This document shows positions 52,806 through 64,000 of a DNA stretch of 64,000 nucleotides, one piece after another. The notes below the pieces were generated by a model. That model saw only the letters and a program-made list of their open reading frames with translations. It was not told the origin of the DNA and did not search any database. The DNA comes from Callorhinchus milii (lineage: Eukaryota). The stretch's first letter is position 1; each line of letters opens with the position of its first letter. The DNA lies in contig NW_024704752.1 in NCBI RefSeq assembly GCF_018977255.1, positions 7,750,001 through 7,814,000 of the forward strand, in the 5' to 3' direction. The translations under genes were made by a program, and so were the position numbers.

Positions 52806-53080
52806 AATAATTCTTGCATTTGATATGGTGCATCACATATATCACATATTTTTATATATATTGATATATATTTATATATATTTGATATCACATCGTTGAG
52901 ACATCTCAAAGTGCTTCACAGGATTTACTGTAAAGTGAATTGACTGTATTTTGTGGGAGAAACTTGCCAGACAATTACGCAAAGCAGTGTCTCACAACAG
53001 TCGTGGATTGAGTGACCAAATTTTTTTTAAAGGGACTGTTATCCCTGGAAAGCGATCCACCAATCGACTAACAACCGAGT
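52806..53080 (-). mobile_element. Diverged SINE with internal (AT)n expansion
   Basis: Reverse complement of the SINE body and tail; AT-rich run at ~52835-52890. Confidence 0.78.
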
Positions 53081-53443
53081 TTTACAGGCTACGGCATGAA
53101 CGGAACATACTTGCCAATGATTTCTAGACACAAAGACACAATAGCATCTGCTGTTTAACTGATGCCAATTTTTTATTCAGTGCTGATAATGGAAAATCCA
53201 TCTGCAAGGCCAGAAATAAAACTTAAAATTGTTTTGATTCTAATTTTTGGAGGACTCGTTTGAAGAAACACCCCCCCCCACCCCACCCCCACCCCACCAC
53301 CATCTAACATTTAGAGATATTAATTGATTCATAACATTTAGTAATTTTTTTTTGCTATTTCACTTGACTGAGAAGAACGGTACGATAGTGTAAGGAAATC
53401 GACGCGGGATAGAGAACAATTGAGTTGAAATAAAAAAAACTTC

Positions 53444-53670
53444 TAATAATAATAATCCTTGCATTTGATATAGCGCTTTTCACGTCGGGAGGACGTCCCA
53501 AAGCGCTTCACAGAACACACTGTAAAGTGAATTGACTGTGTATTTGTGGGCGAACGCGGCAGCCAATTGCGCACAGCAATGTCCCACAAACAGTCGTAGA
53601 TTGAAAATGACCGATTTATTATTGTTTTGGGGTTTTGGAGGGATTATTATTTATTATTATTATTATTATT
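53444..53670 (-). mobile_element. 5'-truncated young SINE of the same family
   Basis: Almost identical to 11039-11250. Confidence 0.88.
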
Positions 53671-53847
53671 TCTAGGAATAAACAGATTTTTTTGGGGGGG
53701 GGCAGATTAGCACTCAAAATTCCAACCTTTTGACCAAAATATAGTGCTCCACCCCCACCCCCATCACCCCCCCCCCCCATCACCCCCCCCCCCCACCAAC
53801 CCCAGCACCCCCCCCCCACCCCACCCTTTGGTGCTGCCTTTGCAGGT

Positions 53848-53866
53848 CCGCACTAGGTGGCGCTAG
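53848..53866 (+). promoter_or_regulatory. Candidate CTCF site upstream of IRS1
   Basis: CCGCACTAGGTGGCGCTAG closely fits the CTCF core consensus. Confidence 0.6.
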
Positions 53867-55329
53867 AGCGATGCCAGTCTGGAGAAGGTTACACCTCGGC
53901 TGCGGCAGTGAGACCTGGCGAGACACTGCATCACTTGCACCCAGACTAACGCGAGCAGACTGTGGCTTCTATTTGGTATCAATTATTTATTTTCCTTTTG
54001 CCCTTTGATTGAATTGAGAGAGGGCAAACACATGATCTTTGATCTTTGCATTGGTGGTGGAAGGAAAAACGAGTGAAATCTATCCCAAATGTCAGCATGC
54101 AATCAGTATCTTTTTTTTATGTGTATATATATATATATTAAAAAGTTTGAAATACGAATAAAACCCTGATAAAGCTTGCTGTAAACAACCCCCCCCCCCC
54201 CCCCCCCACTGGCCAGCAAAAAAAAAGAATAATAATCCAGGGGACTGCTTTGCTTTGCTTTGCTTTTTGCTTTGCTGTTGCACCACAGATGTTGTTTACA
54301 ACAGTGCACGGATCCACTACACCGCACTGCACTCACTACATGCCCCGAAGACAGAAATCGAGCAAAGAGGGAGCTGTAAAAAATATATATTTATATACGT
54401 ATATACATATATACACACACACACACACGGTGCACGATCCTAACCCGAGCCCGTTTGGGGTTTGGCTCTCTTTAAATGCAGTGGCTGCAATTTTTCGGGA
54501 GTGGATCAGATTTACGGGACGATGCATATATTTATATATATGTGTGTGTGTGTGCGGTTTTGACGTCTGCAAAATGGAAAGAAAATTGTGATGACACCTG
54601 GAATACGTGCGATGCAGAGGAAGGAATACGGAGACTGCGATTGGGAACCTGAATCTGCAGCGCCAGTGTGCGACAGACACATCGTTTCTTCCAGACGTCT
54701 GGACAGACGTTCACAGTAAAATCAATAAGAAGGGATGAAACTGCATTCTTTCCCGATGATACTTCCTGTGATTTAAATTCTTACCTCCCCCCCCCCCCCC
54801 CCCCCCCCCATCACACACCGCACCCCCCCACCACCCCCAAACCCCATCACACACCGCACCCCCCCCCCACCACCCCCAACTCTACCCCCCACCCCAAGTC
54901 TTTTCTAATCCCCTGAAAGTTATATAATTGCAGCAAATATTGCAGCACATCTTAATTCGGGACATTTCTGTTTCTAAATCCTTAAAACACACTGACAGAA
55001 AGCGCAGAGCAGACCGCAGAGAAGGAGAGAAGCGCAGGCGAGTTGCCCCTCGATGGGGGTGATTGCCCCTCGATGGGGGTGGGAGTGGGGAGGGGGGGGG
55101 GGGGGAGTGGGGAGGGAGTGGGATTTGCGAAGCTTTGCAACGTCTGGTGCACAGATCGTCAACGGAGAATTTGCGCGGAGAGTGCACAAGGAAGGAGGGG
55201 ATTTAAAAATATATATATATTATTTTTAAAAATTACACCTTGGAGAGGGGGAGGGGGAGAGAGGGAGGGGGAGAGAGAGGGGGGGGGGGAGAGAGAGGGG
55301 GGGGGGAGAGAGGGGCTACAAGTGAGCAA

Positions 55330-56611
55330 TGTGCTTTTTTTTCTCTCTTTCTCTCTCTCTCTCGTTCGGTGCCGCGTTATAAATTATTAGAGTGAATGGT
55401 GGTGGTCGTGGGGGGCTACGCCTCTCTGACCGGGGTCTGGCTGGGAGCAGGGCGGAGGGGTCTGTCTGTCTGAGCTGTGGGGGTGGGGTGGGGGGGGCGC
55501 GGAGGCAGTGATTGACAGCCCGCCCGGGCGAGCGGGTCGACACAGCGTTCGGAAATGGAACGTAAACAAAAGCGGGCGGCCAATCAGTGGGGCGGGGCGG
55601 GGCGGGGCGAGGGGGGTGGGGCCTCGTGTCGAACGTTGCCAGTTTGGGCGGTTTCACGCCCAATTGGGCGTGTGTTTTTTTTTGGAGGGGGCGGGGGGGG
55701 GTCATGGCACTGACTTGCGCGCGCGCGGGCGGGCGGGCGGGCGCCTAATTTTATAACATTTCATCGTTACATAAAAAAATACGCAAAAACGTGTGTTTTT
55801 TTTCTCTCTCTCTCTCTCTCGCTCTCACTTTCTGAAACGCCGAAGTCGAACTTAACGCAGTTCCCAAGAGAGAGAGAGAGAGAGGGAGAGAGAGAGAGAA
55901 AAAAAAGCCGCTAAAACCCGACCCCGTGTCTGGCTCCTCCGCTCCTAAAAGAAGAACGCGACGCGTGCGAGAAAGACGGGGCTACTTTTTGGTGGACTTT
56001 GGGCTACGGAGCGTACGGTGGTGCGTCTCTGGCCCCGCCCCCTCCCCTCCCTCCCTCCCTCCTCCGAGGAGGGGAGGAGAGTTAGAGCGCGTGCGCGTGC
56101 GCGGGCCACATGTCGAGAGCAGGAGCTCGAGCGGAGCCCGCGAGGAGGAGGAGGGTGGCGGTTGGTCGGGGGGAGGAGGGAGGGCGGGAGGGAGAGGGGG
56201 GGGGGGGCGGTGGTTTGGGGTTTAGTCGCCTCGCCTCGCTCGCGCCTTCAGCTTTCCAGGCGGAAAATAACCGTCGCAGGAGCTGAGTGAGAGAAACTCG
56301 CTCCTCGGGAGTGAGTGAGTGAGCCCCCCCCCCCAAGTGCGGCTTTTATTTCTTCAGCCGCCCGGTTTTTGTTCGCTCCCCTCCTCCGCCCACACCACCC
56401 CCCCCTCGCCCCCCCCCCCAAAAAAAAAAAAAACAAACAAAAATATTTTTTTTTAATTTTTATAAAAAAACACACGCGAAAGACCGTTTTAATTCATTTC
56501 TTTTTGAATCCCGGGCGGCGCGGGGCCGGTCTTGGGTCTCCCCCCCCCCCCACCCCCATCCCCCCCCCCCACCCCCATCCCCCTCTCCCTCTCCCTCCCT
56601 TCCCTTCAGTT
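55330..56611 (+). promoter_or_regulatory. IRS1: IRS1 CpG-island promoter and 5' UTR
   Basis: High CpG density; CCAAT at ~55580 and ~55660; tandem GGGGCGGGGC Sp1 boxes at ~55589-55608; GTAAACAA at 55562; TTTATAA at ~55750; GA/CT microsatellites. TSS not determinable. Confidence 0.75.
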
Positions 56612-59600
56612 ATGGCGAGTCCGCCGCCGGAGCCCAGCGCCGAGAGCTTCTCGGACGTGAGGAAGGTGGGCTACTTGAGGAAACCCAAGAGCATGCACAA
56701 GAGGTTCTTCGTGCTGCGGGCGCCGAGCGAGCAGGGGCCGGCCCGGCTGGAGTACTACGAGAACGAGAAGAAATGGAGGCACAAGGCGAGTGCCCCGAAG
56801 CGCTCGATCCACCTGGACTGCTGCTTCAACATCAACAAGAGGGCCGACTCGAAGAACAAGCACCTGGTGGCTCTCTACACCAAGGACGAGTACTTCGCCA
56901 TCGCCACCGACTGCGAGGGCGAGCAGGAAAGTTGGTACCAGGCGCTGGTCGAGCTCCACAACAAGGGCAAGGTCCCCGAGGCCGGGGTCGGGAGCGATCG
57001 GGAACGGGACGGTGGCGGGACGGCCGCCAACGTGGTCGTCGTCGGCGGCGGCGGCGGGCCTCGGCGCGGGAGAAGAAAACTACGGAGAGCTGAATCCGGG
57101 GCCGGCTTTCAAAGAAGTTTGGCAAGTGGTCCTCAAGCCCAAGGGCTTGGGACAGACCAAGAACCTGGTCGGGATTTACAGGTTGTGTTTGACCAACAAG
57201 ACCATCAGTTTGGTGAAGCTCAACTCGGATGCTGCGGCCGTGGTCCTGCAGCTCATGAACATCCGCAGATGTGGACATTCAGAAAATTTCTTCTTCATTG
57301 AGGTGGGCAGATCCGCCGTGACCGGACCCGGAGAGTTTTGGATGCAGGTGGATGATTCTGTGGTGGCTCAGAACATGCACGAAACCATCCTGGAAGCCAT
57401 GAAGGCCATGAGTGAGGAATTTCGACCACGGAGCAAAAGTCAGTCGTCTTCCAGTTCCAACCCGATCTCGGTGCCTCTGAGGAGACATCTGAACAACCCG
57501 CCCCCGAGCCAGGTTGGATTGAGCCGGAGGTCCAGGACCGAGAGCATCACTGCCACCTCACCTGCTGGTAAACACAACTCGTTCCGGGTACGAGCTTCCA
57601 GTGATGGCGAAGGCACCATGTCCAGACCCGCCTCTGTTGACGGCAGTCCAGTTAGCCCCAGTGCCACAAGGACACATTCTCACCGTCACCGAGGTAGTTC
57701 TAGGCTGCATCCTCCTCTCAATCACAGCAGATCTATTCCTATGCCATCCACGCGTTGTTCCCCTTCAGCCACGAGTCCAGTTAGTTTATCATCCAGCAGC
57801 ACTAGTGGTCATGGATCCACTTCTGACAGCCTTTTTCCTAGGCGCTCCAGCGCATCCATCTCAGGATCTCCCAGTGATGGGGGATTTATTTCTTCAGATG
57901 AGTATGGATCCAGTCCGTGTGACTTCAGAAATTCCTTCAGAAGCGTCACTCCAGATTCCTTGGGACATACTCCCCCTGCCAAAGAGGAGCAGGACTTAAA
58001 TAATTACATCTGCATGGGGAAGCATTCGAACATGGTGCCAAATGGTCACTACTACAGGGGCAGTCAAAGGTGGACTCCAACTAAAATTGAAGAGGCCGAT
58101 TCAGAAAAAGGATTGAGGAAGAGGATGCATTCGGCAGGTACTTCACCCCCCACAGTGGCACACCAGAAGACCCCTTCCCAATCTTCTGCATCATTAGAAG
58201 AGTATACAGAGATGACCCCATGTTTCCCTGGCAGCCGTTTATCATCCTGCAAAAATTCTGCTTTTGTACCCACTCATTCGTACCCCGAGGAGTGTTTAGA
58301 TCTTCACCTGGGAGAAGGCAATCGCTTTAGTCAAGTGGATGATGGTTACATGCCCATGTCACCTGGAGTAGCCCCTGTGCCTAATAAAAATGACTACATG
58401 CCAATGAGTCCGAAAAGTGTGTCTGCTCCACAACAGATTATTAATCCACGGCAGCACTCCCGAATAGATTCAAATGGTTACATGATGATGTCACCTAGTG
58501 GTAGTTGCTCTCCGGAAAATGTGAACTATGGAAAAATATGGACCAACGGAGGGAATTCTAAACTTTCAGTGGAGAGCAATGATGGGAAACTGTCCTGTAG
58601 CGATTACATTAACATGTCTCCTGCAAGTGGTTCGACTACAAGCACTCCACCAGACTGCTTCTTCAATCCAGTGGAAGAGCCTCCCAAACCAGTTTATTCC
58701 TACTTTTCTCTGCCTCGTTCTTTTAAGCATGTGAACAGAAAATCCGAGGAGTCACGGTTACGAATTTGTGTCAGTTCAGTTCGCCTGCTCCATGCAGAGG
58801 ATTCTTCCTCTTCCACAAGTAGTGACAGTATAGGAGGGCATGATGCTGCGCATCAGGCAGCAAACTCTCTTAAAAGGGAAGCCTGCCTACAGAAGAAAGG
58901 TAAACTTGTACGGCCCACAAGACTGTCGCTTGATAACACTAAGGCGAGCACGCTCCCCAGGACACGAGAGCATCCCCTTCCACCAGAACCTAAAAGCCCA
59001 GGTGAATATGTAAATATTGAGTTTAGTGACAAAACCTATTCTTCCAGTTCATTGTCGCTCATTGAGTCCACTGCAGTCACAGGCAGCCATCCTGTTCGAC
59101 AAAGGCCATACATGTCTGAGTACATGAACATGAATTTAAGAAGGGATCTGCCCAAATTTAGTTACGTAACAAAACCTTCAGTAGACATCCCAGTCTCTGG
59201 TGCCGTCTGCACCTCCAGCACCTGGAGAACAGACAGAGGACAGGCAAACTGTGATTATGTGAGCATGCAGCTTCCTGTCACCTTGGCTGACTACTCAGAG
59301 ACGCCGATCATGAGCAACTATGCCGAGATGACAGTCGGTGGAGGTACAACATCTTCGAAGTCTGTACTACCTCAGCAAGAAACCAACACGCTGAACAGTG
59401 TTCCAAACGCAGCATGTGCAAGTCTGATGGACCAGATTTCAGGGAGGAGTGCCTTCACTGTACTAAATCTCAGCCCCAATCGCAACCAAGGTGCCAAAGT
59501 TATCCGTGTTGATCCTCAAGGAAGAAGACGGCACAGTTCAGAGACTTTTACTTCTACGGCCAAGGTGCCTGGTGTGACTCAGTCTTATGCAGATCATGTG

Positions 59601-59907
59601 AAGCGACATAGCTCTGTGTCCTTTGAGAACGTGTGGCTTAACAAACCAGGGGAGCCTCTGGCTTCTGCCAGCAAAGAACAACTAAGCACTACGGTTCAGA
59701 ACAGCTCAACAGCCTTCGAAAACGGTATGAATTACATTGATTTGGACTTGGTCAAGGATTTTAACAACCCAGAGTGGACCTCCTCACAGCCTCTAACCTC
59801 TCATCAACCTCATGCAAGTACCTCTGGTGATGAAGATCTGAGTGCATACGCAAGCATCACCTTCCAGAAGCCAGATGAGTTAAGAAGCAATCCTGTAGAA
59901 AGGGAAG
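56612..59907 (+). CDS. IRS1: Insulin receptor substrate 1, large first coding exon (net +1 frameshift at ~56985-57065; last codon(s) probably in a downstream exon)
   Basis: [38 protein letters not shown] domain in one frame; PTB domain ([10 protein letters not shown]...[21 protein letters not shown]) and tail with YMPM x2, YMMM, YINM, YVNI, YMNM, YIDL, YASI in the next frame. Donor GAAG|gtaaga at 59907/8; unspliced read-through stops at 59924. Confidence 0.95.
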
Positions 59908-62900
59908 GTAAGAATATTTGTTAGCTCTCTGTACCATGCCTTTTTAAATGAATGCTTTTCCTTGTATGTTTTGAAGATTTAAAATGTCCAGATTTTTATC
60001 ATTTATCATTTGTATGCCAGCATAGAATTTTAATTCCTGGATATTTTTAGTTGATAAAGAAGATCTATATTCTTTCTGTCAAATATTTTAGTAATTTGTA
60101 CTGGATAAATCTTTCTTAAATTTATTGCCCTTTTCCAATCAGTTTTTGGAGAGTCAGGTTTGGGGAAATTTTGCCAATGTTTTTACCCAGAACCTAATTA
60201 TAGGATATCCGTCAAAATACTATTCCTGCCCTACCATAAAATTTGTTTATTGGTTATTCTACTTATTAGAGTTGCCATGGTAGGCTGTACAGGATTTCAT
60301 ACTGTAAATTGTTCAACTGCGTCCAACACCATTTTTCAATCGTAGAATTCTCAGTAAGTGTTGAATTCCATTCAATTTTGGTCCACGAATACTAAGGCAG
60401 CCATATAAGAGTTAACTGGTCCTCAATAAGGACCTCTCAGGGTTAACAGTTCTGCAATTGTGTGTGAATCATGGCCATTTGAGTATAGGAAAAGAAACCT
60501 GAGCCTTCAGAATTATCTGGAAATGTTGCTTTGGTTGCAGAAATTGTTTTGAAATTGAGAAGAATATGTATGTGTTTTCGTTTCCCCAGTTAGGTCTGTT
60601 TATGGAATTTCTACTGCTCGGCAAGAACTGGTTTTGGATTAAACCCAACTCCATTGAGAGTTGCTATTTTTGAGCCCCTAGCCTGAAAGGGGAGCAGCAT
60701 CACATGAATAGGCCAATGTGCTTGGTTTATCTGCTTAGCTGCACGATCAGCACCACAGAGTTTATGCGTGGAGCCGTGAAGGATTTTGACAATTAGAGAG
60801 TGAGAGCTGTAGCGTCCATTTGTCACTCCCTCTGTCTTGGCAGAAGGACAGTAGAGCCTTGTAGCTTTCCTTATATCACATTTTTATATGTATATATATA
60901 TACAAAAATATAAACAGTCTGTAGCATTTATTAAATATTTTGCAGAAATCTGTGGAGCCACTGAGCTGCTTTTGTGGTTTGGCAGAGTGTTACTTCACCA
61001 CAAGCAGACATTTTTAACTCTTTCAGGAAATAAACTAATGTTAGTGTAGCAAAATAACAAGTCTGTTCAGAGTGTGGATTAAGAATAGATCCGTAATTCT
61101 TGATTTGAATCAGACAAAAAGTAACCCTGCAAAAAAATAATTAAAAGCCTGACTCAGGTTCACAATTTAAATTTTTGTCATGTGCTTTTGTACTATGAAG
61201 AGTCCACATTTAGATTTGTGTGAAAAAGAATGCATCTGATGAGGAAAACTGCAATTTATGAAACTAGGAGAGCAGAGTGTTTTTTAAAAAGAAACTTGTT
61301 GATGAGGTGTGATTCACTGTGGGGGTGGGGGGTTTGGTGGAAGACGAAAATGGTGAAAGTTGCCATAGAAAAGGAACATTGGAGAGCGTGTCAGTTTGTG
61401 CACACTGCCAAGTGTTTGGCTGTAACAGCATTACAGAGTTCTGAGAACAGATCTATGCCCAGATAATTTAGATGACATGAGTCGAAGAGTATCTATACAG
61501 GTAATAAAAAAAGGGCCAGAAACAAACACATCTAACTTGAATTTACACTGACTAAAATCATTTAAATTAAACTGTTGTTTTCTATGGAGATGTAAAATGA
61601 GAATACCACCTTTCTGTACAATGTAAAATTGCTTATTCACTCCTGATCTGGTTATATGTCTATTTTGAAAGTGGAAATTACTCTGAGGCTTCAGGTCTTA
61701 ATGTGTCAAGGACACAGACTATGGATTTTTTCTGTTCATGTTGCACACATGGATAACGCAGTCATAAACTAGACTGTCCACTAGAGGTGTCAGACTAGAT
61801 ATGAGTTTGCAGTTGTGTTCCATTAATTGTCACTTCTTTGTGGGAGGGATGGGCACACAGTCGGCACTGTTTGTTGACTGGTAGGAACCCAAGTTGTGTG
61901 AGACATAGTTCATCTATTCACGAGAAGGGTTACACTGGAATGTTGCCACATGGGGTGCAGAAAAATCTGAAAGATTTCTTTTGGCGGGGAGAGTAAAAGA
62001 CATTCAAGTGGAAATAAGTGCTTTTCAGATGATTATTTTCTGATTGGGGAATGCAGAACCAATGCAGAACACTTGGCAGAGTCATTATGATCAAAACAAA
62101 TCAGTGAGAGTGATCCATATACAGTACTAGAACCTCATGTAAATATTCTTCTTACTTGCAGGGTTTTCCTTGAAATGTGTATGCAGCCTTTTTGGTTTGT
62201 CTGAAGATTTAAGACCATGGCGATTGAGCAAATTAAGTAGTAGGTTTGGGAATCGCCTGTGACTGAATGAATAAACAACCATTCAAATGTTGTGCAAATT
62301 ACATTTTTGGTCAACTGGTATTCGCCCTTTACACTGTCAGAGGAGCAATTATGCACCATTATAAAACTGGGGGCTCATTGATTGTGTATTCAAAACAACA
62401 AGCATGTGATATGAATGGAAATCATGGCTTTGCTGAAGAGATTGCAGGAAAATTGTGTGTAGTTCAACTTAATTTCACCTTAAAATTTCTTAACTTTTTA
62501 CGGAATATCTGTGCTCTTCTGACACAACACTATGTGAAGGGTGCTATGTAAATCCAAGTAATTGTTGTTGCTTGTGTCCTTTAGGTATTTTATTTAAAAG
62601 AATTGGGGTTACTATGCTTTTTGCCCACAAAGTAAACAGTCAATTCACTTTAGAATATATTCTCAAAGACATGATAAGGTGGTATATCAAATCCAAGTAT
62701 TTTTATTATTTTCTACCCTTCACAGACTGAGCTGACAATCCAGTGCATTGTTGAAGTACTCCATTGTTTAAGATGCGGTCCTTCAGATGAGATGTTAAAG
62801 GTCTCATGGTCCAGTCTGAATGTTCAGATGGATGCTGGGATCCCAAGCTCCCATAACACTATTCAAAACAGAAACAAATATCGTTGCATTTGATATCGTG

Positions 62901-64000
62901 CAACATCACAGTATAATTTGAATGTGGAGTGACTGTATATTTTGTGATTAAATGTGGCAGCCAAATTGTGCACAGCAATGTCCCACAAACATCGAAGGGA
63001 GTTTCCTCCAGTGTCCTGATAAAAATTGGTCGTTCGCTGCTTTGTTGTTTGTGGGGCTTCCTTCCGTAAGCAGTCATTACCTTTGATAGCAAGTACCCAT
63101 GAAGTGCTTTGAGACTTTTTCAATATCACATATGTTTAATTCAATGCAAGGATTAATATCTTTTCTTCAGAATGGGACAGAAATCTCATCACAATGTTCC
63201 TCATGCCCTTGTCTGCTACATTGTTTTGCCTTTCAACGTTCCCTTTAACTGCGGAGGTTTGCTTGACATGGTCAAACTGAAGAGAATTTCAGTCCAGAGC
63301 AATAAACCGTATGTTCTGCCATTATCAAATTTATTTTAATATGATCCTTTTGACATTTATCTCATCAAGATGCCAATTATGTCTTATGGAATGCTCTGTT
63401 TTTTTTAAAAAATGGAACATCTTGTATACCTATAGTTCAAACAGAATCTTCTATTCATTAAGAGTTTCACAGACTTTTTTCCAGCCATTATTATTGCTCC
63501 TTGTCTGGGTACTTTATCCTAACAAACGTTATTTGCTACTAGAATCCACATTCCTAGAATGACTATCTTAATTCTTTGAGAAGGTGGTGGTTTAATTGTA
63601 GGGTGGAAAAGGGGCAGAGGACAGAAGAAATATTACAGATGGTATTTGCTTTCACTGTGATTGCACACAACTTATGTTTTCAGCCCCCCTCTATTTCTGA
63701 CCATTGAGTAAAGTTTTATTTTGCAAACATGTATGGCCAATATCTTCACAGAAATATTTAACGCTAAAATCTCAGTGTAAGTACAAATCCCTAATCTTCA
63801 ACTACAAGAGTCTAAGATCACTGGGATTGATACCTATGATTTAAAGACATTTGCCTCCTTCAATAGTATTTTTCTTCTGATGAGGATGATTTTCCAGCTG
63901 CTCCCCATAAGGTTCTGCGTGGTGCTGTAGTAAACAAATGTACCTACCAGAGCACTGGGCTGTAGGCCTGTTGAAACAATTATGTACAGTGTATTTGAGC

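Noticed and set aside
56315-56611. N-terminal extension of IRS1 suggested by the ORF track
   Set aside because: Starts at a non-ATG codon and is made of homopolymer-rich UTR; the conserved start is MASPP at 56612.
56975-57075. Programmed ribosomal frameshift in IRS1
   Set aside because: No recognisable slippery heptamer and no precedent in this family; an indel error in GC-rich sequence is far simpler.
60000-64000. Short ORFs and a possible IRS1 exon 2
   Set aside because: AT-rich intron-like sequence with SINE remnants (~62500-63160); no supportable exon identified.

Overview
Eukaryotic (vertebrate) genomic DNA. The repeat content (tRNA-derived SINEs with Deu/AmnSINE-type 3' ends, L2 and CR1 LINE remnants) suggests a cartilaginous fish, and the compactness suggests a chimaera; the taxon is inference only. 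The window holds the conserved COL4A4-RHBDD1-IRS1 block. (1) The last five coding exons of collagen IV alpha-4 lie on + (2248-6024). (2) A complete RHBDD1 rhomboid protease gene lies on -, with six coding exons (31516 to 16312, 308 aa) and a non-coding first exon/CpG promoter near 38.5 kb. (3) The large first exon of IRS1 lies on + (ATG 56612) with a net one-base frameshift in the PH-PTB linker, probably an assembly error. Most interesting: the alpha-4 NC1 domain lacks the canonical sulfilimine cross-link residues (Met93 region reads RK, Lys211 region reads SM) and has two extra C-terminal Cys; an unexplained ~1.3 kb, 33-bp-period, frame-preserving acidic repeat ORF sits between RHBDD1 and IRS1; the RHBDD1 promoter is sandwiched between two G-rich minisatellites, one an E-box array; and two diverged copies of an unrecognised element lie upstream of IRS1. 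No prokaryotic-type systems (CRISPR etc.) are present. All coordinates were read by eye and no database searches were run.
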